A stretch of DNA of 64,000 bases, taken from contig NC_086110.1 in assembly GCF_963921235.1 (NCBI RefSeq), forward strand, positions 13,516,001 through 13,580,000, written 5' to 3'. Source of the DNA: Mobula hypostoma (lineage: Eukaryota). The position numbers and the translations under genes were made by a program. Positions 24,001 to 36,388 of this stretch are shown here, piece after piece (position 1 is the first letter of the stretch; the number at the start of each line of letters is the position of its first letter). The notes below the pieces were generated by a model that had not been told where the DNA came from, did no database searches, and worked only from the letters and a program-made list of their open reading frames with translations.

Positions 24001-25444
24001 GGAGAAAGCTTTTCCCCTAAGATCGGTTTACAATATCATTTAATCTGCAAGTAATTGGTTCTCCATTCAGTGCTCTTAGAGAATGACTCACACATAAATA
24101 TCAGCTATTTTACTGTTTGTAACAAATGTTTCGTATAGTTATTTCCAGTATGAACATAGCACAGAAACAGGAAGTATAGACGTTGCAGCATATTTTCGAA
24201 ACATCTCGCTGACAGAAGCGAGATATCAAATAAGTTGCTTAAATTAAACTTATGGACCTACGCTTAAAAGTCAAGTGTGATAGCACGAGCTCTCTGGTAC
24301 ATGCAGGTTTTACAGAGAAGAAATCTTTGACCACAGATTTTCCATGATCTCACCAGCACGAGTGAAATTCTACTCTCAGGTAGCGTATTAGTTCCCGTAA
24401 ACACAAGGTACAAATGCTCTCTTGGTAAACTGACAGATGATTTAAAATTCTATTCGGAACATATTTTTATAGAGAACTTGCAGAAGCTCGCATGCAAATA
24501 TTCGCATTGGTGAATTATAAACAGGAAGTGAAAATATATCTGTCTTGAGAGGATATCAAACTTCGTCGGACTTGAAAAGGGAGCTGGCCTTTCAAGTGGA
24601 CAGATAAAATAGGAAAGGAAAGCACAAGAATGTGCTCATTTCTTTCGATGTTAATTTAATTGCCTGGATTTATAATTCATGAATGTGGGTTTAGAAGTCC
24701 AGCTCCACAGTTCTGAGAAAAGAAGGGAAATTGAAGTGTTAATTCTGTTGATCTGCCTGTAAATGCTAACCTGATTTGCTGGATATTCCGTGCATTCCAC
24801 ATTCAATAGTCCAGCAAGTTGGACCATTCGTCTTTTTTTGTTATCTATTCTATTAGGCCACTTAATATTCCTTGAATATGTAATTTTATTCCGGTTCTTG
24901 TTCTATCATAATCCGTAAGGGTCCTGATCCTCCAAAGGTGTTAATTATCCGCAATATGCCTCTGCCATTTGGAACAACTTTCAACTGCTGAGTCAGCTGA
25001 CGCGAAAGGAGGGGTGGGGAGGTCAGGCTAGGTACAAATTCTAGAGGGTGATAAGCAGGAAGACATAGCCTACCAGTTCTGGAATCTAAAAAATAAAGGA
25101 GAGAGATAATTAGGACCATTAGAGCAGAGCTGAAAGGCAGCTGGACCCAGGGGCCAGGGAAGACTTTGTCCAACATATGTGTGTCGTGGATGGATGGAAC
25201 CACTGGATAGCAAAGTTTTTCGGAAGTGTTGCCTTTTCAGATGTGGATGAGATAGACTGCTTGAAGTTGAATACAAGAATAGTAATGTATTACCTGTATC
25301 AGGAAGAAAATAGGAGGAAAAAGGCATAAACTTCTATTGAACATAATGCGTTTAGTTGTATATTGGTAATGACGCCTGGCAATAACTCAATTAAGCTAAA
25401 GTATTTTGTGAAGATTTTCAAATGTATTCAATGCCTGAGGCTTC

Positions 25445-25890
25445 TTGAATAATTGCCCAACCATAATCCGGCAGTATTGATGGATTCCAGCTGCCTTGAT
25501 ACCATTTATTCTTGACGGCAAGTTCCTTTTCAATCCGTTCACCATGCTCGTTATGAACAGCACCAAGATCTGCATAGAAGAAGTCTAAATTGGAATGCGG
25601 AAATTCTTACTGATATGCTACACTTCATGGTTTTGTATGTTTGAAGTATATTGTCAAGAAGCTGCGCGTAGTTTGATGCTCCGTAGTTGCTAATAAATTT
25701 TTCAACGACATCCTTGAATGACTTCAATGGCATTTTCTCCGGTCCGACTAGACATTCTTCGAATGGACAGCCATTGATGACCTGTTTGATATGTGGACCA
25801 ACAGAAAATGCCTTCCTTAATTTTGGAATCAGTTATTCTGGGAAAGATCTCTCTCAAATATCGAAAACAGTAACGGAAATTATTGTGCCT
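25445..25890 (-). mobile_element. Chapaev3-like DNA transposase C-terminal remnant
   Basis: FRYLREIFPRITDSKIKEGIF, SFKDVVEKFISNY and AVHNEHGERIEKELAVKNKWYQGSWNPSILPDYGW resemble the VSDEHGERFHQD...YQG.WN...ADY.W motif as I recall it for Chapaev3. Confidence 0.7.
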
Positions 25891-26469
25891 GGAGACAGCA
25901 GATGTCATCAGTCTAGTCTTGGATCCAGTAATTCTGCTTTTGCCTTTGAGTTAGAGTTGGAGATTAATGGGTGGATCCAGGTAAGGAAGGGATTAGCATC
26001 ACTCTGCGAAATCACTATGATGTTCCCTCTGCATACTCACAAATAACCTCGATGTTTAATCAGACTAAACTCTTCGCTCACGATCACGGCTGATCCAATC
26101 AGAATCTCAGATTCTGCTTTCCTTTTCGTCTGCAACTCATATCGGTATCAATCAGCTTTACTTTGTCCCTATTCGGTTGCTTTCTAAAATTCTCCAGAAA
26201 ACTACTGATATGATTTAGGCCATATAATATAAAAGGCTGGAAAAAATGAAGACAATCTTATTTGAAATCTCGTTCTGACAGAGCGTGAATTAGGATTCAG
26301 CTCATGATCTAACGAATCGTAGGAATAATGGTGTCCACGGCTGAGGTACAGCGCTGTCGAACACTGGAATAGATCCAGCAAATCATAGCTGCCATCCATG
26401 ATTTAATATGAGAGAGCTTTATTCTCTCTAATCTCGTTTAGCCTAACTGAGGAATTCATGAAGACTTCA

Positions 26470-27302
26470 TGACACAAAGGTTGGGGGTGTTGTGGATAGT
26501 GTAGAGGGCTGTCAGAGGTTACAGCGGAACATCGATAGGATGCAAAACTCGGCTTAGAAGTGGCAGATGGAGTTCAGCCTAGATAAGTGTGAGGTGGTTC
26601 ATTTTGCTAGGTCATACATATAGTATTAACGGTAGGACTCCTAGCAGTGTGGATTCTCAACGCAATCAAGGGGTCCGTGTCCATAGAATACTCAAAGCTG
26701 CTTCGCAGATTGATTCTGCGGTTAAGAACGTATACGGTGCATTGGTTTTTATCAACCGTGTCATTGAGTTTAAGAGCCGAGAGGTAATGTTACAAATTTA
26801 TAGTACCCTTGTCAGACCTCAGTTGGAGTATTGTGCTCAGCTCTAGTCGCCTCACTACAGGAAGGATATGGGAACTATCGAAACGGTAGGGGAAATTTAC
26901 AAGAAAGTTGCCAGGATTGGGAACATGCCTTACAAGAACAGGTTGAGTGGATTTGGCCTTTTTTCCTTGGAGCGACGGAGGCTGAGAGGTCACCTGATAG
27001 AGGTGAATAAGATGATGAGATGCATTGATCGTGTAGATAATCAAAGGTTTTTTTTTCTCTCCCAGGGCTGAAATGGCTAGCACAAGAGAACACAATTTTA
27101 AGATGCTTGGAAGTAGTTACAGACGAGATGTCAGGTGTATGTTTTTAACGCAGAGAGTGGTGAGTGCATGGAATGGGCAGTGTTGGAGGGGCATACAATA
27201 GGACGCTCCTGGATAGATACATGGAGCTTAGAAGATTAGAGGGCTATAGGTAATCCACATAAGTACATGTTCGGCACAGCATTGTTTCTGTGTTTCTATG
27301 TT
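26470..27302 (+). mobile_element. Degenerate CR1 3' fragment
   Basis: LVRPQLEYCAQL and LERRRLRGHLIEV motifs. Confidence 0.85.
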
Positions 27303-27334
27303 TTAGCTTCAATGCCCCCGTGAGCAATAGATTC

Positions 27335-28470
27335 AGCGATTTCCTCACTTGTAGACCGCTGTGATTACAGACTGTCAACAACATCTCCTCTACAAGCACC
27401 ATCAGCGGAAGTGCACCACAAAGCTGTCTAATCACTATCCTGCTCTGATCGATTTACACCTATAACTGTGTGGCTAAGCACAGATCCAAAGCATATTTAA
27501 GTTTTCTGAGGGCACCACTGTCGTGGGCCGAACTAGAGCTGGAGACCAATTAGTAAATAATATGTGGATTGAAAATCTGACTGCGTGGTGCCACAGTTAT
27601 TCAATGACAGCAAGAGGAAGGAGTAGAATATTCACTTCAGGAGGAAGAAATCGGATTTCCTTGAGCCAGTGCTCGTCGGGGGATCAGAGCTAGAGAGAGT
27701 TAGCTAATTCTAGTCACTCAATGTTATCATTTCGGAGGACCTGTCCTGACTACGATGAGATCATGAAAGAGCATCTACTTCTACATGAATGTGTGAAGAA
27801 ATAGTATGACATCTATTACTTTAACTAACTGTTGTAGATGTGCAGTGCAGCTTAGCTTGAAACGCCTGAGACCTAGAATGGAATACCTTTAAAGTGTAGT
27901 GGATATGGTCCAGCCCAACACAGATAAAGTCCTCCTCAGCAGTGAGACCATCTACATGCAGAGATATCGCTAACAGCAGCATCCATCATCAAGGACCCCC
28001 ACCGGCCGGGTCATGCTTTCTTCTCGATACTACCCTCAGAAAAAAAAAAGTACAGGAGACTCTGGACTCATACCCGCAGGTTCAGGAAAAGTTAACACCC
28101 CTCAGCAATCAAGCTTCTGAACCAGAGAGATAAACTGCGCCGAATTTTACATGTTCCATAACTAAGCTGTTCCCATAACCTATGTAATCATGGCAAGGAG
28201 ATTTTCTCCCTTCTACCGTCGGCGTGAGATGTTGGGGCTATCGGGACTTTGAGACTTTTTTTTACTGTGCCCATGGTCTGCTCTTATCATATTACGGTAT
28301 TGTTTTGTACTGTTGTAACAATATGTTATAATTATGTGTTTTTTGTCACTTTTAGTCTTGGTCTGTACTGTATTTCTGTGATATCAAACTGAAGGAACAT
28401 TGTATCATTTTTAATGCATGCATTTCTAAATGACAATGAACGAGGACTGAGTGTCCTCATAATCTAATCT
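27335..28470 (+). mobile_element. Rex1/Babar-like LINE fragment
   Basis: Decayed GAPQGC...CVAKH...FADDTTVVG-type region and 3' end. Confidence 0.65.
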
Positions 28471-28474
28471 AAAT

Positions 28475-28800
28475 GTTCCTGTATAATTCTATTTTTGATG
28501 ATACTGTATAATGACCATGGGATGATACCAGTTGTAGATATTGCTATTCAGACAGTATATCAGGTTTATATTCCATAGTCTTTCAACTTCCTTTTTTAAT
28601 GTAACATATTTCTGGTCTTTTTCACTTATTGGCTTCTGTATGTTGTGCATGCTTGGAATGGCTATATCTATTGAGGAAGTTGTCCTTGCTTACACATCCT
28701 GTAATCTATCCGCACAGTTATTACAGATTGTCCTATCTCTAATGCTTTTGTCTCTGCAACTCTACAAATTTTTCTATGATATTACACAGTGTGAAGATCG
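28475..28800 (-). mobile_element. R4/Dong-like non-LTR element, restriction-like endonuclease C-terminus
   Basis: IDIAIPSMHNIQKPISEKDQKYVTLKKEVERLWNI, then a TTGIIP-like motif after a frameshift. Confidence 0.65.
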
Positions 28801-29409
28801 AGTCAACAGAGCCTCTGTTTCTTCTGAAGTCTCCTTGCTCTTTCCTCAAGCACACATCTCCAACATCTGAATCTCAATTTACACAACAGTCAGATAAATC
28901 TTCGAAGGATATATTATCTGTAATAACGGATCAGTCATAATATCATTCGTGTGATTCTGACTCTAAAACTGGACCAAGCTTGTACTTACAGTGAGATATG
29001 ATTTATTTCATCATGTTGTATTTTAAAGGAAGATTTTATGAATAGTGTTTGCTATTTTATTGTGCATGTGCAAGTAATCAGATTGAGTTAAACTGCTTCA
29101 AGATCCTGTAATTTGTTCGATTATTTCTGTTTCTTTTTCTCGTGAAATGTTCGATAATTATCATCTTGAATTTGTTGGTTTTTAATATATTTTTGCTAAT
29201 TGCTGCTGTGCTAACCACCACGTCGTGCATGTTATATGAATATGAATACTGAAGATTCCAGGGCCATGACACGTGTATATCCGGATGCTTGATTCGCAGA
29301 AGGCTACTACGAACCTGTGTCAATAAAGTTACTAAAGGTCCAGATGCGATATCTGGAAAGCAGACTGTAAACAAACTGTGCAAATGCAGATCTAAATAAG
29401 TAGCAATAA

Positions 29410-30400
29410 GTAACGAATATGAAATAACAATCTAGCAGAGCCCTTAAATACGTGTAGATATCCCCTTTGTTGAAGAACCTGATGGTTGAGGGATACTAAC
29501 TGTTCTTGAACCTGGTTGTATGAGTCCTGAGACACCTGTACTTTCATCATGATGGCAGCAGTGAGCAGACAGCATGGCCAGGGTGGTGAGGATCTTTGAT
29601 GATGGATGCTGCTTTTCTGTGGCAAAGTTTCATGTAGATGTACTCAATGGTCAGGATTGTTTTACTTTGATATACCGGACCCAATCCACTACTTTTGCAG
29701 TATTTTCTGCTGAAATCCGCTGCAGGCTTTTCCTTACCAGGCTGGAATACAGCCAGTCAGCAGACATTCCACCAAACAGCTACAGATGTTTGCCAAGGTT
29801 TTCGATGACATACCGAACCTCTTTAGGAAGTAGAGTCGCTGGCGTGCTTTCTTCACTATAATATTTATGTAATGAGTCCAGGGCAGATCCTTTGAGATAG
29901 TGAAACCGAGGACCTTAAAGTAACTGACCCTATCCAGCTTTGATCCTCCATTGATTACTGTCTCTGGACCTCCAGTTTCCCTTTCCTGAAGTTTAAAATC
30001 AATTTCTTGGTCGTATTGACATTGAGTGAGAGACTGTTGTTATTACATCACTCAGCCAAGTTTTCAATATCCCTCCTGTATGCTGATTCATCATCACTTT
30101 TGATAAAGCCTCCAACAGTGGTGTCGTCAGCAAACCTGTATATGGTGTTGGGGCGTACTTAGCTACACATATATAGGCGTAAAGCGAGTGGGAGCAGAGG
30201 GCTGTTTCGCATCTCTGCGGTGCTGCAGTGCTGATGGACACTGTAGAGGAGATGTTTTTGTCATCCGAACTAACCCTAATGCTAGCATTTACAAGTGAGG
30301 AAATCCAAGATGCAATTGCACAAAGACGTCTTATGGGCCAGTTTTTGCAGTTTACTGTTTGGTTTTGCGGGATGATGGTGCTAAATGCCGAGCTGTAATA
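29410..30400 (-). mobile_element. Rex1/Babar-like LINE fragment
   Basis: ORF 29999..30241 (TAAPQRC...SLYAYICVAKY) resembles GAPQGC...SLYTYDCVAK. Confidence 0.7.
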
Positions 30401-30479
30401 TAAATCTCTGGAAAATAAATATAAAGGAGGGAGGTAAGACTGTAGGTGAATAGACCCGGGGTTTTAACTCTGGTGGACC

Positions 30480-30900
30480 GAGCACAGTGTTTCTGTCGTA
30501 GTTCACAGTATTGCTCTCTTATCAGGAAGGAAATACAGTAGCCTTAGGTCCCAGACCACAAGGTTTAGGAACAATGATTATCTTCGACCATCAGGCTGCT
30601 CAAACAACGTGGATAATTTCACTCTTCTCAACTTAACTGATTCAACAAACGGTGGACTTGCTTTCAATTACCTTCCAACTCATGTTCTTAGAATATTTCC
30701 TTAGCTAATTATTTATGATTGTTACAATATTTTGTATTTGCATAAGTTGTCTTCTTTTGCACATTGGTTGTTCGTCAGTCTTTTTATGCAATTTTTCATT
30801 GATTTGATTGTATTTCTTTGTTGTGTCGTGAATGCCCGCAAGAAAATGAGTCTCGGCGTAATAAATGGTGACAGAAACGTACTTTGATATTAACTTTACT
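30480..30900 (+). mobile_element. Rex1-like LINE 3' end
   Basis: accacaaggtttaggaacaatg...accatcaggctgct matches the 3' parts at about 28070 and 52480. Confidence 0.5.
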
Positions 30901-31574
30901 TTGTCTGCTGAACTTTATTTTGAGGAATGGTTCAAATACATTGGAATCTGTTCTGCGTGATGGTATATAAGAATGATCTGTAGATGGGCGAGTAGTCAGT
31001 TAAGGCATGTTGGCCCAGCTGAAGTTTAGAAAAGGCATAGTGAGAACGGTTGATATCGATTTGATCTTGAGGGCTCTACAGTGTGTAGCTATAAAAGGCT
31101 TATATGCCCATGTGAGGAAAAATAAATTACTCTCAGTGTTTCGAGTCTTAGGATCCATCATCCTGAAACAAAACATTCAAAGCCATATTTTTGTGGTATT
31201 TTAAGGTAGGCAATAAAATCTGCTCAAGAAGCAAGAGTCGAAAGTTACGGTGAGTGGGCGGGTTGGAGATTTGATGTTACCGTCAGATCAATCACAGTTT
31301 TATTGAATGGCAAAATATGTCCGATTTGCCAAGTGCCCTACTTTTGCTCCAGCTGGAATGTACGTATGTTGTTTTCCTGGTAACCTGTACAGTTAAAGTT
31401 CCAGATATGTTCCTCCAAATCTTCATCTTCGTGGAAGGTAAAATCCCTTCACTTCTGAGCCACCTCCAACATCTCACTGCAGCAGTCATATTGAGCAGCC
31501 CCTAATTTTGCCTCAAAGCCAAAACTGCATGTTATTCTGTTGCCGGCACTGTTCGAATGATTAGACATTTACTG

Positions 31575-32030
31575 ATTGGCTATTTTATAAGGTTAATGCA
31601 AATATCTAGTCAGGCATATATGTAGCAGCAAAGCAATGCATAAAAACATACAGGCATGGCCAAAAAAGTACAGTTGTTGTTCTGACCAAACATTAGAATG
31701 GGAAAAGAAATACGATCTTAGTCATTTTGACTTGGAATTATTGTGGTGCCAGAGGTGGTTAATTGATATCTCAGAAATTGTTGATAGGCTGGAAACAGTC
31801 TCTAAAGATTAAAAAAAAAATGGTGCCAAAAATAAACCCGAGAAAACATCAAGTGAGTGACAGTCCGTAGGCGAAAACTTATTGATAATGAGAGAGATCA
31901 GAGGAGAGTGGCTCGACTGGTTCAAGATGACAGGAGGGAGACAGTAAACACATGTTAGAACAATGGTGTGCAAAAGAGTATCTCTGAACCAGCACGAACA
32001 TACAACAATACACTCAGTGGCTACTTTATT
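31575..32030 (+). mobile_element. Tc1-like transposon remnant
   Basis: Decayed HTH-coding stretch and a TACACTCAGTGGCTACTTTATTA TIR-like sequence. Confidence 0.55.
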
Positions 32031-32429
32031 ATATAATTCATGTGGTTAATAAATTTAATGCGACTATTGTGTCTGTGGATATGAATTTATTTTCTGTACT
32101 GATGGCAGTTAATCACAATGTTAGGCAGACTTCACCGGGGAACGCATTTCCAACCGTGCTATTGACTTACTATTGGTCAGCAGGTAAATAAAGGCTATTT
32201 ATCTTTAACATGATGGTTATGAACAACTTACCTTCGCTTTCCATTCCTAGATTGGGAATCGTGGTCCTTGATTTTATTTTAAGAACAGGTGGGCAATTTA
32301 TTTGTAATAATGGAACCAGGGATGCCACTTGAATTTTCCCGCTCCATTACAGCATGTGCCGATCAGTGCATGTTTCTCACATTTTGCTTGTCTCGATTTT
32401 GTTCTTCCGTTTGTGCTACCGTAGAGCAG

Positions 32430-33170
32430 TTAGTAGCAAAACTGCACTAACGGCGACTGCTTTGCCTGAATCTTCGGAAAGAGCGCTACTTCTATCCTTT
32501 TTTTCCTTCTTTTCAGGGGACCCTGAACTGGAGTTACACGTGGACTTCGGTTCTCTGCGGAAATGGAACTTTGTCTCAGGGCCTAAGGAGCGTCCGCTTT
32601 TAGATATTGCAAGGACGCGGCATGGAAAAGGGTTAATTTGGAGACGAGTTAATTCGAGGCTGGTGCCGCCGCCTGATGGGAGTACACGGAAGATGGAAAG
32701 CAGCGAGTTGACTGCTGACTGTGTGCCCAGAGACCCGGGTTCTTTGGGCACAGAGCTCGGAAAAAAGTGAAGTAACGGAATTTTGACACAATGAATCAGC
32801 GAGTTGTTTTGTTATGTCTCCCCTCTCACTGTGAAACGGAGACATCACTTTTTTCCCTTATTAGGGGGAGAGAAAGAGCTGTGGCTGTGGAAAACCGGGT
32901 GAATGAGTACTTTTTGCGAGTCGAGTCTGCCTTTCTTGATGCTTTGCTGCAAGCTTGAGTGCTCGGTTGTGGATGCAGCTGCTTTTTGCTGGTGTGTGGG
33001 GGTGGTCTTTGCGTGGGAGGAATGAGCTGGGGGGGGCTTTGGGTTTATAACATTTAACTGTCAGTCATTCTTCGGGGCATTCCTCTATTTTCGTGAATGT
33101 TTGTGAAGAAATAGAATTTCAGGATGTATATTGTATACATTTCTCTGACATTAAATGTACCATATAAAAC
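32430..33170 (+). repeat. Unclassified interspersed repeat, copy 1
   Basis: Shares aatcagcgagttgttt and gaatttcagga..tatattgta blocks with 52595-53445. Confidence 0.65.
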
Positions 33171-33623
33171 CTATTGAAATAAAATGGTTCAGATATATTT
33201 GAAAAGTATAGCTCCTTAATTAACTGCAAAGAAATTACTTCAAAATCTGAATTAATTGCTGACATGACAACAAATAATGTTGTCATCATTACGAGATAAG
33301 TTAAGTGAAGAGAACGTCGCGTAATTTAGACACCACGACAACGGCGATAACGTTCACATTTGTAACAATGTAAATGGGCGAAACAAAGTGTTGCTGTTCT
33401 CTCTGAGTAGGCTGGCATTTTTGTTCGCATTTTCAACACTAAAAACAGTCAATTATTCTTTGGTTGGAGGCACTTCCGCCTAACGGTCGGCTCAAGGAAG
33501 GTGTAAAGGACACTTCAAAGTTCACCATTGTCTCTCCTAAACCCAACTACGTTTAAATCAAACTAAAAATATATTGGACCTATATTTAGTCATAGCTTTC
33601 GTTGCGGAAGTTTGCTTCGACTG

Positions 33624-33761
33624 TCAGCTTCTCGTCTTCTTTAAAGTATGTACATCTGCGTACGTTGCACATTCCTGTTTCTGAATGAATGCAGATGTAT
33701 CTTTGATACTGAGAAGGTGCAGAGTTGCCGTGGCCAGCTTGTTAATCTTATAACTTGTGAT
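33624..33761 (-). CDS. Paralogous receptor gene 2, last exon (ITSYKINKLATATLHLLSIKDTSAFIQKQECATYADVHTLKKTRS*)
   Basis: Same tttcacag phase-0 acceptor as gene 1. Aligns without gaps: KLTYAALQL/KLATATLHL, KNTSGF/KDTSAF, TLYADVNTSKK/ATYADVHTLKK. Confidence 0.75.
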   Translation of the reverse strand: MTSYKINKLATATLHLLSIKDTSAFIQKQECATYADVHTLKKTRS

Positions 33762-34264
33762 CTGTGAAAGTAAATCATATTGACCATTAGTTCATCATCC
33801 TGCGGCTGCAGAGGCGCTTGAGTCTGTAAGAAAGTGGTCACGTGTATCTGTATCTCATTGATTGCCAGCGGCAGGCTGTAACCGCAATGTTTGTCGTTTA
33901 AAATAAGCTTTCTTTTTCTGATTTTCCATTCGGGCTGAAATCACGTGCTACGGTTCATCTGTCGTGTACAGAACAATGGTCGTGCTCATTTTAACATTCA
34001 GCCTATCATGTGAACGTTAATGCAATCTGTTTGAGGGTGCAGTTGAATGATAAGATCAAAGCTGCCGACGCTTTGAGATACTAATGTTGCAAATGATAAT
34101 TTTATGGATCGCCTACGGTCAAATTGACCTGCTGTTTATGTGCGTTGTAGATTCAGCCTGGGTGATTAATTGTAAAAAAAAACAGTGGGAAATAAAGTTC
34201 GATCAAAAAGCTGGCACGCCATACCTAGAAGGTTGAAAGGTGGACCTTTTTAGTTGAGTCTCAC

Positions 34265-34307
34265 TGTCTTCCTGCTCTGCACTAATTTCGGTCATTATGT
34301 GAATAAC
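34265..34307 (-). pseudogene. Candidate disrupted micro-exon of gene 2 (GYSHNDRN*)
   Basis: ccttcag|GT ... A|GTGAGA, 43 nt (the gene 1 equivalent is 44 nt). Has an in-frame TAG in phase 1 and shares TATTCACA-AAT with the 35346 micro-exon. Confidence 0.3.
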
Positions 34308-35345
34308 CTGAAGGCGAGGTACTCTTGCAACGTTCGAGAAAATATCTGGCTATATTTTTTGTGACGCTTGAGCAGGTTTAGATTTTCCCATTTTCTTTAA
34401 TTTTAAGTTTAAAGCTGAGTTGCAGTGAAATCATCAACCATCGTCAAACACAGACCCTGAAAGTAAAGCAAAGATAATTTTGAGTGTGGCAGAAGGGTAA
34501 AATGGGTGAACGGCTGAAACCTGTTTTTTTTAAACATGCAGATTCGCAAGTTTTGTAATTAGTGAAATTTCGTAAAATATCATAGGATTCACATTTAAAA
34601 TGTTTGTTTTCACAATGTGAAGTATTTTTAAAATCAAATATGCCTAGAAATATACGAATATCTGCAAAAATTCCCACATTAATATGCACGCTCCACATTT
34701 TTGCACAGTCACTTCAAACTGAGGAGCCATTTGTATTTCCGCCAAATGTTGAAGGCAGATTCCAGAGGAAATTCAAAATGTTTATTGCAAATATTTTGCA
34801 AATAAATATTTAATGCAGCCAGAATGGCTTCCTTCTGTTCAGCAAAGTTCTAAGATTCTACAGAATTAACATATTATTTGCTTAGCTTACTGCAGTACTT
34901 CTGCTCCTAATTCATCAATTAAAAAAAAACAAAGAAACGGTTTAATCTCAAGAAATTGTCTGATTCTCACCTCCTATCAAAGAATTATGCTTATAGTTGA
35001 AGGAAGGCCGGGGGATGGGAGGTGGAATCAATGAGCCTACCGATGAACATTGTATCATGATACAAATCGATTTTCTTGCCCAAAGTAAGATCGCCTGAAG
35101 ATATTTTCTGAACTAGTGTAGCAGTACATGTTATTCTAATATTGTGTTTTGTGTATTACGTTCACCTTCATCTTTTGTAAATTATATCCCCTCTCATCTA
35201 AAGTGCGTTTTTTCCAGTCTGAGTTACATTGTGCTTTCAGCTACTTCATAGGTACTGGTGCAAAAATCTACCTCAAGCATAACCATACAACACACTTCCA
35301 TGATTCGACCTCCAGCATAGTATCACTGAAGGGATATCTTCATAC

Positions 35346-35381
35346 CTGAGTGGGTATTGTGTGAATAGCCATATCGGCTAC
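35346..35381 (-). CDS. Candidate cytoplasmic micro-exon of gene 2 (GSRYGYSHNTHS)
   Basis: ctctctgtcatctag|GT ... CAG|GTATGA, 36 nt, phase 1-1, open reading. Confidence 0.4.
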
Positions 35382-36283
35382 CTAGATGACAGAGAGAATC
35401 AATTCGGAATTGATTTACTTCACTTCTGTTCGTCATAATGAAGCAATAACACCTGCCAAGCATTTAGTCGGTGGATCATTACATAGCGATCATTAAAAAA
35501 GTTATTTTCTTAATTTCCATTCAGATTCACAATATTATGAAAGCCATGTATTTTATTTATACAGACCGTACGCAGTCACAACACGTTTCTATGTTTGCTG
35601 TTCATATTGGGTTAGGTCCCAGTTAATCCGATCAAGGGAGAAGCTTTGAAATAGAAATACTTATCATTTAAATTGAAGTTAATTCTGTGATTTATTTTGT
35701 AAGATCCAACACAAAGGCACATGCGGCTTCAAATCAACCAATGCATGGCAAATACCGTATAACCAACTTAAACTTATACTTGAACGTTTCTGTAGAATTC
35801 CATTGCTCAACTTGTATGCTTCACAGTATTGTTTCAAGTAAACCAAATACAATTCAGTTTTGCGACTCACTCATATTATTTAATCACTAAATAACATCGG
35901 GTTGATATTTGAAGGCAAAGTAAATAGTGCAATGGTTTCTTGAATCTAGATTTTCTCTTTTGCCTCCACCTTCATTTTTGCATTCTGCTAATCACTTCCT
36001 TCCTTATTTCTCTCTCTGTTTTTCAGCTATTTCCAGATAATCTCTGTCCTACTTGATTCTCTACTGTTCACTTGTGAACTCCAGTGAACCTCCGGAATAC
36101 TGTGCGTCTCCAAGGTGCAATTTCCTTTTGGCAATTTATTTCTCCCTCATATCTCCAAAGAAGCAATGCTCCTGAATAACAAAATTGCGGGCATTTGATA
36201 TAGCATGCATTATCTTTCAGTCTCCGTATCAGAAAACTGAAAATCATTTTTCATCAGCAATGATCAGAAAACTATTCAGTTAC

Positions 36284-36388
36284 CTATTTTGATATTTGCT
36301 GAAAGACGAAGAATTTGGAATGCTAGCCCTATGGAAATGGTCAAAATTTGAAGGAAGATAGAAAATAAGCAACCACCTTCGTCAGTTT
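36284..36388 (-). CDS. Candidate TM exon of gene 2 (ETDEGGCLFSIFLQILTISIGLAFQILRLSANIKI)
   Basis: ttttccagtatag|AA ... G|GTAACT, 105 nt, phase 1-1. Hydrophobic stretch lying upstream of the gene 2 last exon; little similarity to the gene 1 TM. Confidence 0.4.

Noticed and set aside
24886-25330. Overlapping 70-105-codon frames that looked protein-like
   Set aside because: No motifs, no convincing splice pair, and no similarity elsewhere in the window.
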